From positions 54,870,001 through 54,934,000 of the forward strand of contig NC_043001.1 of the NCBI RefSeq assembly GCF_006345805.1: a stretch of DNA of 64,000 nt, written 5' to 3'. Position numbers and translations under genes: made by a program. Below the pieces are notes generated by a model, which saw only the letters and a list, made by a program, of their open reading frames with translations, was not told the DNA's origin and ran no database searches. Below are positions 39,576 to 51,568 of the stretch, one piece after another (the stretch's first letter is position 1; the number at the start of each line of letters is the position of its first letter). The stretch is from Octopus sinensis (lineage: Eukaryota).

Positions 39576-40004
39576 TGTTACGAATACCACCTGCCGTCGC
39601 TCAAACTCTTCGGAAAACCCGGAGTGCCCTCATACCGTAGTCCCTCTCTCTTAGCTCCGTAATAACATCTGTCTGTCTTCCTCTTTCACATTCACTGTCA
39701 CTCTCTCGCTCGTCAGCCCCTCATATTCCCTGTCTGTCCTCCTCCACTGACTTCCCCGGTATCAGTCCCGTCTCTGGTTAAAGCTGCCGGCCGACTGTGT
39801 CCCAAACTCACAGCTCGTTCGCTTTTTAAAGAGTAGCTTCCTCGAACTTTCCCTGACCGGCACAAGGCCAAAGATCGCCTCAAAACTCATTAATCCTTCC
39901 AGAATCTGACGGAACAAAGGACAATAACTTTGTATTCCAGACTTTCAGACTACACGAGCAAAGTAGGTCATAGCAGTTGTTTACGAATTGACCTCCCCAT
40001 AACA
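39576..40004. mobile_element. Solo LTR
   Basis: 429-bp GC-richer island with TGTTA...TAACA termini and flanking ATAT inside (TA)n. Confidence 0.7.
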
Positions 40005-40055
<51 letters not shown>

Positions 40056-40070
40056 TATATATAATATATA

Positions 40071-40106
<36 letters not shown>

Positions 40107-40144
40107 TGTATGTATGTATGTATGTATGTATGTATGTATGTGAA

Positions 40145-40465
40145 ATAATAGTTTCACTTTAATAGTTTCAGTATTGATAGTGACACTATTAAAGTGAAAG
40201 TATCTGACATTACAATAGATAGATGTTATTGTTTCAATTTTGACACATAATACTGAAATAGTGGACGAGATAAGAGATTGCGCTGGGCTCGCATTAGGCA
40301 GGAAGTTGAAATTCTTTTGGCTCATGACACTACATGGACCCTAAGTAAGGCATATGTAAATTTTTAATGAAATCGGTTGTTTAGTTCTCGAGTTTTAGGG
40401 ATTCACACACATAGACACATAGACAGACACACACACACACACATTTTCATCTTTATATATATAGA
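40145..40465 (-). mobile_element. Non-autonomous Helitron 5' fragment
   Basis: A|TCtatatatataaagatgaaaatgtgtg..tgtctgtc...aaccgatttca on minus. Confidence 0.6.
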
Positions 40466-40799
40466 TATTTGGATGGAACCTATCTCTAATTTTCATATGT
40501 ACACTGTATATTTTTTACGCGGTTATATTTTGCACAGTAGTTTCTGGGACGTATCCTCCATGCAAAAAGTGAATCGAGTGTATAAGATTCCTTTAAAATA
40601 TTTAATGAACACCAGTATTTGACTTATTTAACGACCTGGGAAGCAGGAAAGGTAAAGTCAACCACAAGACAAAATGGCCAGAACTAACTGTTGGTTTCAA
40701 ATTTTCGCACAAGGCCAGCAATTTCGGAGGTGGGGCTAAGTTGATTTAAAACGATTAAGTCGATTAAATCTTCAACTGGTTCTCACATATAGATTTTGT

Positions 40800-40980
40800 T
40801 TGTTCATCATTCAATACCAGTTGTTAACACCATGAAGTTCCTCCATGCATCGCGTTCATGAAGACCTTGCCGTGTAGTCCAACGTCTTCCTCAATAATTT
40901 TCTCGTGGGTCAGGTTCGGGAGACCACGTCTACGAGCGATATCGGAGGACCACAACAGCACTCTTGAACTCTTGCAGTAT
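40800..40980 (-). pseudogene. Possible RTE-clade LINE C-terminal remnant
   Basis: SRVLLWSS..ARRRGLPNLTHEKIIEEDVGL resembles VLLW.P...R.RGRP..T...I..D. Confidence 0.45.
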
Positions 40981-41059
40981 CTTTACTGTCTCATTACCCT
41001 TATCGAATAAACCTATGACTAACTCAGCTTTAGTTTTAACATGACTTACTTCACACTGA

Positions 41060-41378
41060 CACTCCGTTGGTTACGACGGCAAGTATTCCAGTTGATTCGA
41101 GCAACGGAGCAGCCTGCTCGTGAAATTAACGTGCAAGTGGCTGAGCATTCTACTGACACGCATACCCTTAACGTAGTACTCAGGGAGATTTAGCTTGACA
41201 AATAACATGACAACGCTGGCCCTTTAAAATACAGACACTACACATCGTTGCCAGCTGAGCGGTCTGAAGAAGCGTTAAATACAGTGTCTTGCGCAAGGAC
41301 ACACGCGCCGCAGGGAATCGAACTCACGATCTTACGATCATGAACCAAATACCCTAACCACTAGGCTACGCGCCTTCA
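41060..41378 (-). mobile_element. SINE family C
   Basis: Reverse complement of 54340-54660. Confidence 0.88.
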
Positions 41379-42695
41379 CCATCGTTTACTTAGCACAACA
41401 TTATCGAATGTAATTTTCTTTTGTTATTGTTTGTGTTGTTCTCTATCCTTCATTCTGCGCCGGCGGTGCAGACTTGAGGTCAAGAAGGTATTCCAACCAC
41501 AACTATTATCAAGGGCCACCTACTACATTATCAAGTGTGTCTTCTCCTTTTTAGGTTGTTAAAGTTTATTTTGAGGGAGATTTGTATATGTTCTCACAGA
41601 TGAAGTGAACAATTAAACGTTCCATCGTGGATTCATGGTCGCTGTAGCTGCTGATATTTTTTGTATCAGATCAGCTTCAATTGGACACATCTATGATCAA
41701 AAACACTCGAACCGCGATTATTTCTCCTTTTCTGGGACCATAAAAGTGTGATTTGGAGGAGATACAACGATGAGTTCAAGCATTTTAGGAGACTACATAA
41801 AGGCTTCTCCGTAGGTAAAATAGTTTTCGAATAGTTATTATATAGACCAAGACCGGGCAATCTTTTTCGAGAAGCGAACTGCATGAGCCATGGGTCGTTA
41901 TCAGGTGAGACATACTACTAACAAAAAAAATTCAAGGTAAATTTTCGTTACGCGTACCATTCAGAAAGTCCCGTTGGACGCAATTTGCTCATGACTGGTT
42001 TAGAGACCAGGTTAGCTCTGACCAAACAGAGCTATCGAAGGCATTTCAGCCATGATCTACCATGCATTATGTTTCAGTTATAGTGTGCTTGGGGCTACAT
42101 TAATTAATATGTCTTTCTCTTTTTTAATACAAGTGTGTTATGGGGAAATATATCTGCTACTTCAGGCAGGCAGAAATTTCTAAATTGGCTCGCTAAGCAT
42201 ATCAAACTCGATTTAACATATTGTATGCCAAAACAAGGGATCCTCTCATTAACTATAGATGGAAGTAGTTTATGAATTTTATGTTTGCTTACGAGGTTTG
42301 ATAATACTGACACAAATCATGTTCAAAGTTGTTTCCCTTACTTGCCTAAATGATTAAAATATTATGAATCATTGAACTAATAATGTTCTTCGTCCCACAC
42401 CGCATTAGATATTTAATTCAATTTTGAATACAGCATTAAACATTTGAGAAACATTGCTCCAGCTGTTGTTGAAAAATAACAAAAGAGAAAAAGAAACTGG
42501 GCGGTAACGGTTGGGACTCAGTCGTCCGTAAGTCTTCCCCACGTATGACCTGAGTACAAAGCAACAACAACGACGACGAGTACGACAACAAATATCAAGT
42601 GGAGTACAATATAATATTGTTATAACGAACAATCAAAATCTGCCACCCTCCTCTTTCACTACCAACATATATGTGCGTCTTTATCCAATCTTTAT

Positions 42696-42742
<47 letters not shown>

Positions 42743-42743
<1 letters not shown>

Positions 42744-43143
42744 TACCAGTATCGTCCGGCGTTGCTCGGGTTTGTAAGGGAAATAACTATATAAGCATTT
42801 TTAAAGAGTTATAGCCAAAAAATAGCAAAAAAATGCATTAAAAATGGGAAAAAATTATGGTAATTTTTTTTAAAAATCGTTCACTCATCGTAGACATTTT
42901 TAGAGAGTTACTTCCCTTATATAATAGCGAAAAAATGCATTAAAATGGAAAAAAATGATGGTAAATTTTTTTTTTAAATCGTAGACTCATCGTAGACGCG
43001 CGCTAATACCCAGAAAGGCTCGATATGAATCACGACTATAAGATACCCGGTTTTGGTTACACTGCACCGCAAAATGTGGGAGTAGTTAGGAATCTAAATC
43101 GTAGGAGACAGACAGCACACAACCTCTCTTTTATATATAAAGA
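42743..43143 (-). mobile_element. Non-autonomous Helitron, same family as 54325-55178
   Basis: A|TCtttatatataaaa 5' end, acccgagcaacgccgg hairpin 3' end; internal identity with 54710-54870. Confidence 0.85.
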
Positions 43144-43311
43144 TATAACTCACACGCACATACACGCACGCACACACACACACACTTGCACGCCAACAAG
43201 CGTTAACTTTTTCTTATATTGCTTTTAAAATAGTACACAATGCAGTTTCTTTAAATAGTTACAGCAACGACAAAGCTTCTTCCACAGGCTTCTTTTTTAT
43301 AATTGGTGTTC

Positions 43312-43350
<39 letters not shown>

Positions 43351-43554
43351 TGATTTTGCCAGTTACTTGGTTTGTTTAGGAATACTTCCCGGTTTCGAAA
43401 ATTTTGAACGCATGAATGCTTTTTTTAATTGTAAATATACTGCTGATAGAAGTTTATATTTATGAATTACTAACTTGTATAACTGTTGTAACACCCGCCA
43501 AAGACTACCTTTAATAATGTTGATTTCAAACGTATTCATTTTTTTAAATGAAAA

Positions 43555-43616
43555 GATTATTATTATTATTAATATTATTATTATTAATATTATTATTATC
43601 AATATTATTATTATTA

Positions 43617-43668
<52 letters not shown>
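43555..43668. repeat. (TTA)n microsatellite
   Basis: Read directly. Confidence 0.95.
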
Positions 43669-43859
43669 TTATCTATTACGAAAGACTCTCACATAGTTCT
43701 TAATTACCTCGCTGTACACATTACCCTTGAGCACAAACGTGCATATATCATATGTCAACTGATTCAGATGACCACAAACCGCCAATACCTTAACTGAAAT
43801 AAAAGAGACTTGTCACTTGGTTAGTGGCCAGTTCGAATTCTCGAAATGAAAAGAAAACA

Positions 43860-43985
<126 letters not shown>

Positions 43986-44039
43986 TTCACACGCACTCAT
44001 ACATACATATTAACATGTTTGTGTATGCCTATGTATAGA

Positions 44040-44190
44040 TGTGTGGTAGGAAGTTTGCTTCCTAACCGTATGGTTCCGAGTTTAGTCCCACACCGTGACA
44101 CCTTGGGCAAGTGTCTTCATTATAGCCTTCGGCCGACTAAAGTCTTGTGAGTAAATTTGTTTGACGGAAAGTGAAAGAAACCATCGTGTA
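44040..44190 (+). mobile_element. SINE family B 5' part
   Basis: gtgtggtaggaagtttgc...accttgggcaagtgtcttc. Confidence 0.8.
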
Positions 44191-45049
44191 TGTATGCATA
44201 TAGGAAGGGATTACAACCGTGTTTCGTGGTCTGCTACCGCAAAAGCTCCTTTATAGGATCCAGTTAGCTCAAGACATCATCAGGAGGAACCACGTCCGGT
44301 TTTGGCCCCTACTCCTCTACCGTTTTGACGTGGCGCCCCCCCCCCCCTTTCGGAGGTGTCTTCAGCTCTGGTTTTGGATGCATGTCTTCTTTCTTCTTCT
44401 TTCTTCTGTTCCCAGGTCTCTTCTACGTATCGTCAGCGAGTGTCAGCCGATGACTAACTGTCTTGTCAAATTTCCCCCTTTAAATACCAGCCGCATAGGC
44501 TCCAGCAGGTAGCCCCAGCAAGTTGTCACGTGACACTATCTCGCCTTAACTGACTAGTGAAGGCGCGTAGTTTTAGCCCGCGCTTTTTCTAAACGACCAT
44601 CACCTGTCAGTCAGCGAAGCTGATTCAGTCAGCTTGTCTCACCTAATGATGTTATTTCCCGTCGGCGTGTTAATGACTTTCAAGCCATTTTCGGTCTTCC
44701 CGCTTCAGCCATATATAGGGGACAAGAACACAAAACATCCAGATAGACGATACAAATGAAACAAAGACGGGTCATTGGGGGTTTTCTTTCCTCAGTCGAG
44801 TTCCAGATTATCTTTGCAATTTCGGCTGGTTATATTCGAGACTGCTCCAATGTGCCCAGCCCTTAGGAAAAACTAAGCTAAGAGCATTAGATTCCTTGGA
44901 AGAAAGCAGCGAATGTATACGAAAACAAGGACGGGAAAAAACGGAGAATGTTACACAAATACAAATAACAGGACATAACAATAGACATGCAGGGGACAGA
45001 TTTATGTTTATAAAAAAAAACAGCAATATAATAACAGATAATATCTTTA

Positions 45050-45582
45050 TTTACCAAAAAATACTATGAGGATAAAGATCAAATCTTCTGCTGGATTTTT
45101 CAGTTTGTTTAAGAGCCTTTTATATTTGATGTAGTGATTTTCTTATGTTTTTTCTGACAAGTTGACCTTTCCTAATTATATAAGACTTATATGTGATGTC
45201 TTCGTGGACAACATTTCTGACCGTGCCTTCTGGCACATGGAGATCTTTTGCAACTGACATCATGGACTTTCTGGGATTGTAATCAATGGTCTGTTGAACT
45301 TACTGGATGCATTCAGGCGTTCTGATGATTTCAAAGCGTTTAGAATGCTTTTTATGCTTTGATACTGGTGTTACGTTTCTATCTTCAGTCTCTAACTCCT
45401 TACAAACTTTGTAGACGAAAGATGTCAGCCTTTATAACCACAATAACAGCATGCCACTTCATTTCTTGAGTAAACTTAGGGTCTGCTATTATTATTTCTT
45501 GAAACAAAGATTATACAGAGTTATCAAAAATTCAGCAATGACCCCAAAAAGGTATGTCCTCAAATACCTTACTCACCTTGTA
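45050..45582 (-). mobile_element. Tc1/mariner (maT-like) transposase 5' fragment with TIR
   Basis: Minus strand FVYKVCKELE...IIRTPE...VQQTID.NPRKSM..VAKDLHV.EGTVRNVVHEDI.YKSY; TIR TAcaaggtgag...tttgagg. Confidence 0.8.
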
Positions 45583-45614
45583 TGTATGTATATATATATA
45601 TATTATATATATAT

Positions 45615-45649
<35 letters not shown>

Positions 45650-45737
45650 TAGGGAGTATAACTCCAAACTTACAGGGAAACATTCAATTTAGTATTAAAT
45701 CAAATTTGCCAATATAAATATATAAAATATAAATTAA

Positions 45738-46035
45738 TGATAAAACCACTATTATGCAACTCAAACCGTGAGAGACATAAACCAAAACATAAATAACAAA
45801 CAAAATATATTTTTATAAAAGATATAACTAGATCTCAAAAAGTATAAAAATGAACGATCAATATATAATAAGTAAAAAAAACTACCTTCGTTTCATGGCT
45901 ACAAATAAATTCGAATTACAATTAAATTTAAATTCAATAAATCTAGTTATATGTTTTATAAAAATATATTTTATTTGTTATTTATGTTTTGGTTTATGTC
46001 TATCACTGTTTGAGTTGCATAATAGTGGTTTTATC
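45738..46035. repeat. Inverted repeat with ~95-bp arms
   Basis: gataaaaccactattatgcaactcaaac...actagat / atctagtt...gtttgagttgcataatagtggttttatc. Confidence 0.9.
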
Positions 46036-46647
46036 TCTAATTTATATACATACATACATACACACATACATAAATACATACATACATTATTTATATATAT
46101 AATTTGTGAAATATTTAGTTATTAATAAATAGAGTAAACACATCGAGGTTCCCTTACTGGTCTCAATATAGTGACGGTTTTTTCATGAAAGAAGAAAAAA
46201 TTTTTTATCAGATATCATTCAATCAAATGCTGTTAAAGTCCATGACTCAGCTGATATATATACTTTCAAATATAGATCAAACTTTTGTATAGCTTTCGCT
46301 CGATTTGTTTGGCAAAATCATGTATTATTCTTACAACCTATTGTTCTCCTTCTCAATTATTTACTGGTTGGTGGTGATGGAATATGTACCAAGCCTATTT
46401 AGCGATGAATAAATAGTTAATAGTATTGTTACGTTTCTCAACGAATAATCTTCCTGGTATCGATAAAACAGACTTATAGACAACTACTAGAGTAAATGAG
46501 GCGTACTTATTATTTATTGTATCTGAACAAATGAACAAGTGCCATGTAGTCATTACAAACTATTTGAGTTAAAATTTAGTTGAAGTTGACTTCATATTAT
46601 ATACTTCAGTAGTCAACAAAATAAGAAACATTATTATTAATATCAAT

Positions 46648-46812
46648 GTTTCGTCCGTCTTTACATTCTGAACAAAAATTCCGCTGAGATCGACCTTGTC
46701 GTTCATCCTTTCGAAGTCAATAAAATAAAGTACCAGTTGAGCATTTGGGTCGATGTAATCGACTTATGCCCTTCCCAGAAATTTCAGACCTTGTGTCTAT
46801 AGTAGAAAGGAT
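46648..46812 (+). mobile_element. SINE family A, 5'-truncated
   Basis: ttcatcctttcg..gtc.ataaaataaagtaccagttgagc...ctatagtagaaagg. Confidence 0.82.
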
Positions 46813-46999
46813 TATTACTAATAACAATATTTTCCCTATATCTGGACAGAAATAAGATTAAGTTTATATAATGAATTATAGCAGTAGGAGAATCACAATT
46901 TCAAATCTGCGGCTAATATTTCAAGGCATCTGGTGATGCTTTACTAAGACATTAGGAACAGAAAGAAGCAAATCGCTCTAATTCACTGGTAAGAACACC

Positions 47000-47975
47000 T
47001 ACCTATGGAGACATCCGTATACCGCAAGCCGATCTTCACTGGACGTTACCTTAACTTCAATTCCCACCATGCATACTGTGTAAAGAGAGGGATTGCTCAG
47101 TACCTAAAACATCGAGCAAAGAATATAAGCAGCGATCGTGATTCCCGCCACGAAGAAATGATTAAGCTCAGTAACAATCTATTAAGTAACAACTAACCCC
47201 AAACCATACTATCTACTCCAGTTATGAAGAAAAGACAGGATGAAACCAATAAACTGTCTACAGTCTGTCTATCCTATGTGAAAGGCCTCTCCCAAAAGAT
47301 ACAAAAGATATGCGGCCCCTATGACATCAGGACAGATGTCTGATATTATTTATCAGGAAGAGAAAGGTAAAAACAAAAATTAAGTTACAAGAAAGTAAGA
47401 GCTCTCGAAAGAGGTATTCCTCAAAAAATTGTCGCACCCTATATATAATGATTCAAGAGTAATACGACGCTTCGCAAATATCTCCTTCGGGTAAGACCAC
47501 CAATAGAAGAGAATATGACCAAAAACTGCGTGTACTCCATCCCATGCAGCCTCCTCAAAATAAGGGTAGACGAACATCGCAAAGCTGTGACACGAGGAGA
47601 TATTGATAAATCAGGTATAGCTGATTATGTGTGGAAAAATGGAGACCACCTCCCCCTGTGGGATGAAGTTAAAATAATAGACAGAGAATATCACTGGAAA
47701 ATACAAAAACTAAAAGAAGCAGCACATATGCTAGAACACAACAACCTCCTAAGCAGATCGAGGCAGATATGAATAGTATATGGGAACTGGTATTAAGGAA
47801 GGATAGGAAAATATTAGATTTATAAGCCCTAAAAATTCACTACGCCATGTGCCCACGGGCATTTGACAACGAAGAATCGGGCACATTTCAGGGAGCGAGC
47901 TATTTCTATATCATTATGCTGCGCTTTTAAGGCAACAATTACTGCGTGTCTTTTCATTTGTTGAGTCAACCCGAT
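47000..47975 (+). pseudogene. Penelope-like element 3' half (thumb + GIY-YIG remnant)
   Basis: ETSVYRKP.FTGRYLNFNSHH...KRG, LSYVKGLSQKI, NCVYSIPCS, LKIRVDEH, KSGIAD..W, KLKEA. Confidence 0.9.
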
Positions 47976-48367
47976 GTCTGATATTATTTATCAGGGAAAG
48001 AAAGGTAAAAACAAAAATTAAGTTACAAGAAAGTAAGAGCTCTCGAAAGAGGTGTCCTCAAAAAAATTGTCGCACCCTATATATAATGATAAAATACCTT
48101 AAATTACGCGAATATTTTTTCAGTACAATACATTTGTACTTTTTGACAGGTTTACGACTGTATATGTACTTACAGGAGTAGAGAAAGAAAAAAAGATATA
48201 AATACTTGAAAACGTAAATACCAAACAGTGTCATTGTATTATTATTGGAATAGAAATTTTTTTTTAAAAGCAGAAACGAAGCTTTAGTTTCAAATACTAA
48301 GAGAAAAAATAACGTTCTACGTCAATGATGTGAGAAGTATTTCAAAGCTGTAAATGCCAAAAATATT

Positions 48368-48571
48368 TTTCTTCTATAGGAACAACGCCTGAAATTTTGG
48401 GGGAAGACAATAGTCATCGACCCCAGTGCTCGCCTGGTGCTTTCATCATCGACTCCGAAAAGATGGAAAGCAAAGTCCAACCTTGGCGGAATTTGAACTC
48501 AGAACATAAAGACGAATGTAGCTAAGCGTTTTGCCCGCTGGTATACTAACGAGTCTGTCACCTCACCGCCG
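48368..48571 (-). mobile_element. SINE family A, diverged
   Basis: catcgaccccagtgctc...ggcggaatttgaactcagaac. Confidence 0.82.
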
Positions 48572-48721
48572 TAAAACTGCTGAAAATATGATTACTCGCT
48601 AACGTAAATCAAACGATATAACTGAGATTTCAAAATAAAAACATTTGCCATAGTAATAAATTTAGAAATATAGAGTGGAGTATAAACTGGATATTAAAAA
48701 TATATCATTGATGATCTATCT

Positions 48722-48862
48722 CATAGATCGTTATTGATTAGGGTAGATAAATGCATATTTGAATGATATTTTAGATAAATGCATTTAGATTAATGTCCCA
48801 ACGTCCTAATGCATTAATCTAAAATATGCATTTAAATGTACCCTAATCAATAACGGTCTATA
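48722..48862. repeat. Imperfect fold-back palindrome (MITE-like)
   Basis: atagatcgttattgattagggta / taccctaatcaataacggtctat, with inner ttagattaatg / cattaatctaa. Confidence 0.75.
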
Positions 48863-48989
48863 AGTAAGTTTTACTAGATACGCATTATAACGGTTATTTT
48901 TCAAACTTTCATCCATCCTCCATCCCGATCATGTCATGTATCGCTACTCCTCTATATCTTTTCTACATATGTATCTATCATTCTTGAAG

Positions 48990-49368
48990 CACTCCGTCGG
49001 TTACGACGATGAGGGTTCCGGTTGATCCGAATCAACGGAACAGCCTGCTCGTGAAATTAACGTGTAAGTGGCTGAGCACTCCACAGACACGTGTACCCTT
49101 AACGCAGTTCTCGGGGATATTCAGCGTGACACAGAGAGTGACAAGGCCGGCCCTTTGAAATACAGGTACAACAGAAACAGGAAGTAAGAGTGAGAGAAAG
49201 TTGTGGTGAAAGAGTACAGCAGGGATCATCACCATCCCTTGCCGGAGCCTCGTGGAGCTTTTAGGTGTTTTCGCTCAATAAACACACACAACGACCGGTC
49301 TGGGAATTGAAACCGCGATCCTATGACCGCGAGTCCGCTGCCCTAACCACTGGGCCATTGCGCCTCCA
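48990..49368 (-). mobile_element. SINE family C subfamily with an alternative head
   Basis: Head ggaggcgcaatggcccagtggttaggg...ggtttcaattccc; 3' half matches 54500-54660. Confidence 0.88.
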
Positions 49369-49513
49369 CGTATCTATCATTAAACCAATAAGAATAATCT
49401 AATTTCTTATTTTATTTTATGCTTTTACTATCATTTTTATTTTATTTTATCTTTTTAACTTGATTTTAATTTCGATGCATACTTTATATATATATTTATT
49501 AATTTGTTTTACA

Positions 49514-49905
49514 AGGCGTCGGTGTGACTGTGTGGTAAGTACCTTGCTTACACACCACATGGTTCCGAGTTCATTCCCACTGCGTGGCACCTTGGGTAAG
49601 TGTCTTCTACTATAGCGTCGGGCCGACCAAAGCCTTGTGAGTGGATTTGGTAGACGGAAACTGAAAGAAGCCCGTCGTGTGTGTGTGTGTGTGTTTATGT
49701 GTTTGTGTTTGTCCCCTCAACATTGCTTGACAACCGATGCTGGTGTGTTTACGTCCCCGTAACTTAGTGGTTCGGCAAAAGAGACCGATAGAATAAGTAC
49801 TAGGCTTACAAAGTCCTGGGGTCAATTTGCTCGACTAAAGGCAGTGCTCCAGCATGGCCACAGTCAAAGGACTGAAACAAGTAAAAGAGTAAAAGAGTAA
49901 AGAGT
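49514..49905 (+). mobile_element. SINE family B, full length
   Basis: Matches 10350-10770; (gtaaaaga)n tail. Confidence 0.92.
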
Positions 49906-50039
49906 TATAATATATAGTATATTCACAAATACATAAGAATCAAATACATATATATATTGCTTTTAGCTTTTTTAACCCGCTAATACTCTACGCATCCTTC
50001 AAAAGAAAAATGATTACGTAAGTTCCATGAGCTCTATAT

Positions 50040-50155
50040 TAACCCTGAAGAAGTCCTACCATATAATTAGAATGATATACCTTTCTCAGCATTTAATCAA
50101 ATGCTTGGAAATTCTGATCAACTAGCTGATAGGACTGAAACATATATGTAGGTTA
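50040..50155 (+). ncRNA. Type I hammerhead ribozyme, fully canonical, with a long loop II
   Basis: taacc CTGAAGA agtccta [71 nt] taggact GAAA catatatg TA ggtta: perfect 5-bp stem I, 7-bp stem II, palindromic stem III ACATATATGT, GUA triplet; predicted cleavage after 50150. Confidence 0.88.
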
Positions 50156-51024
50156 CTTTATTTTATTTCATTTTTGAATAAATTTATTTGTACTATTATG
50201 TTGTTTTTTTTAAGTTTTCATCGTTTTGTAACATACAAATAAATTATTCATACATCCATTTTTTCTTCATTTTCTTCTTGCTTTTCCTCTAATACACACA
50301 CAGAGATACACATATATACAGAGTGAGAGAGAGAGAAATTTACACATACAACTGTATGCGTATGTATTTATGAATATATATATTAAGTATATGTCATCTA
50401 GATAGACATTGCAACCAGGACTTCCTCTGACTAAAATTATAAATATTTACTATTAGATATAAGAAGTAAATTATTTCTCTTTCATTAGAAAATGCTAATT
50501 TAATGGAATGAATTTTGTGTATAATTGAGCAAAAGCTACTTTTTATGTAAACCAGAATACTTACCGCCATTCAAGTTATCTATCTATTCTCAGAAAATAT
50601 TCTGAATCTGCTACTCGTTCAATAATCAAAATGCATGGGTAGAAGTACATGTTTGTGAGTTATTAACATCACGCCCTGGAGGAACGAATAAAATGACAGG
50701 AGGATTTCATCAAATTTACACAAAACTGTTTGATTAAATGTTCTTTTTCTTTTTCCTTTCCTTTTTTCTTTCCTTTTCTTCGTTTTTCTCTATGTTTTCT
50801 TTTCAGTTGTAAAATTGTGATTTAAAGACTGATGATGTCATTCCATCAACGTGTGGACACCGGTTGCTCTCGTTCATATTTTGGATTTGAATTTCTATAA
50901 TTTTGAATTTTTATCGCATTTCATTTTGAACTCGACAAAGACAGGCTTGCTATCGAAATATCGTTCAACCAATAAAATATCTATTGCAATCGCATCGCGC
51001 ACTTCGTATTGTCTAATAATAATG

Positions 51025-51084
<60 letters not shown>

Positions 51085-51086
51085 GT

Positions 51087-51467
51087 ATTTTCTACTATAG
51101 GCCTGAAATTTGGAGGAGGGGACTAGTCGAATACATCGACCCCAGTGTTTCACTGGTACTAATTTATCAACTCTGAAAAATTAAAGGGAAAGTCGATCGC
51201 AGCGGAATTTCAGAGCATAGCGGCAGACGAAATACCTATTTCTTTACTACCCACAAGGGGCTAAACACAGAGAGGACAAACAAGGACAGACAAACGGATC
51301 AAGCCGATTATATCGACACCAGTGCGTAACTGGTACTTATTTAATCGACCCCGAAAGGATGAAAGGCAAAGTCGACCTCGGCGGATTTTGAACTCAGAAC
51401 GTAGCGACAGACGAAATACCGCTAAGCACTTCGCCCGACGTGCTAACGTTTCTGCCAGCTCACCGCC
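51087..51467 (-). mobile_element. SINE family A dimer flanked by (TAA)n on both sides
   Basis: Junction gacgaaatacc|tatttc at about 51236; TAA arrays at 51014-51083 and 51468-51580. Confidence 0.9.

Positions 51468-51568
<101 letters not shown>

Noticed and set aside
50825-50872. CTGATGA tgtc..gaca ccggtt remnant
   Set aside because: GAAA is absent; probable relic only.
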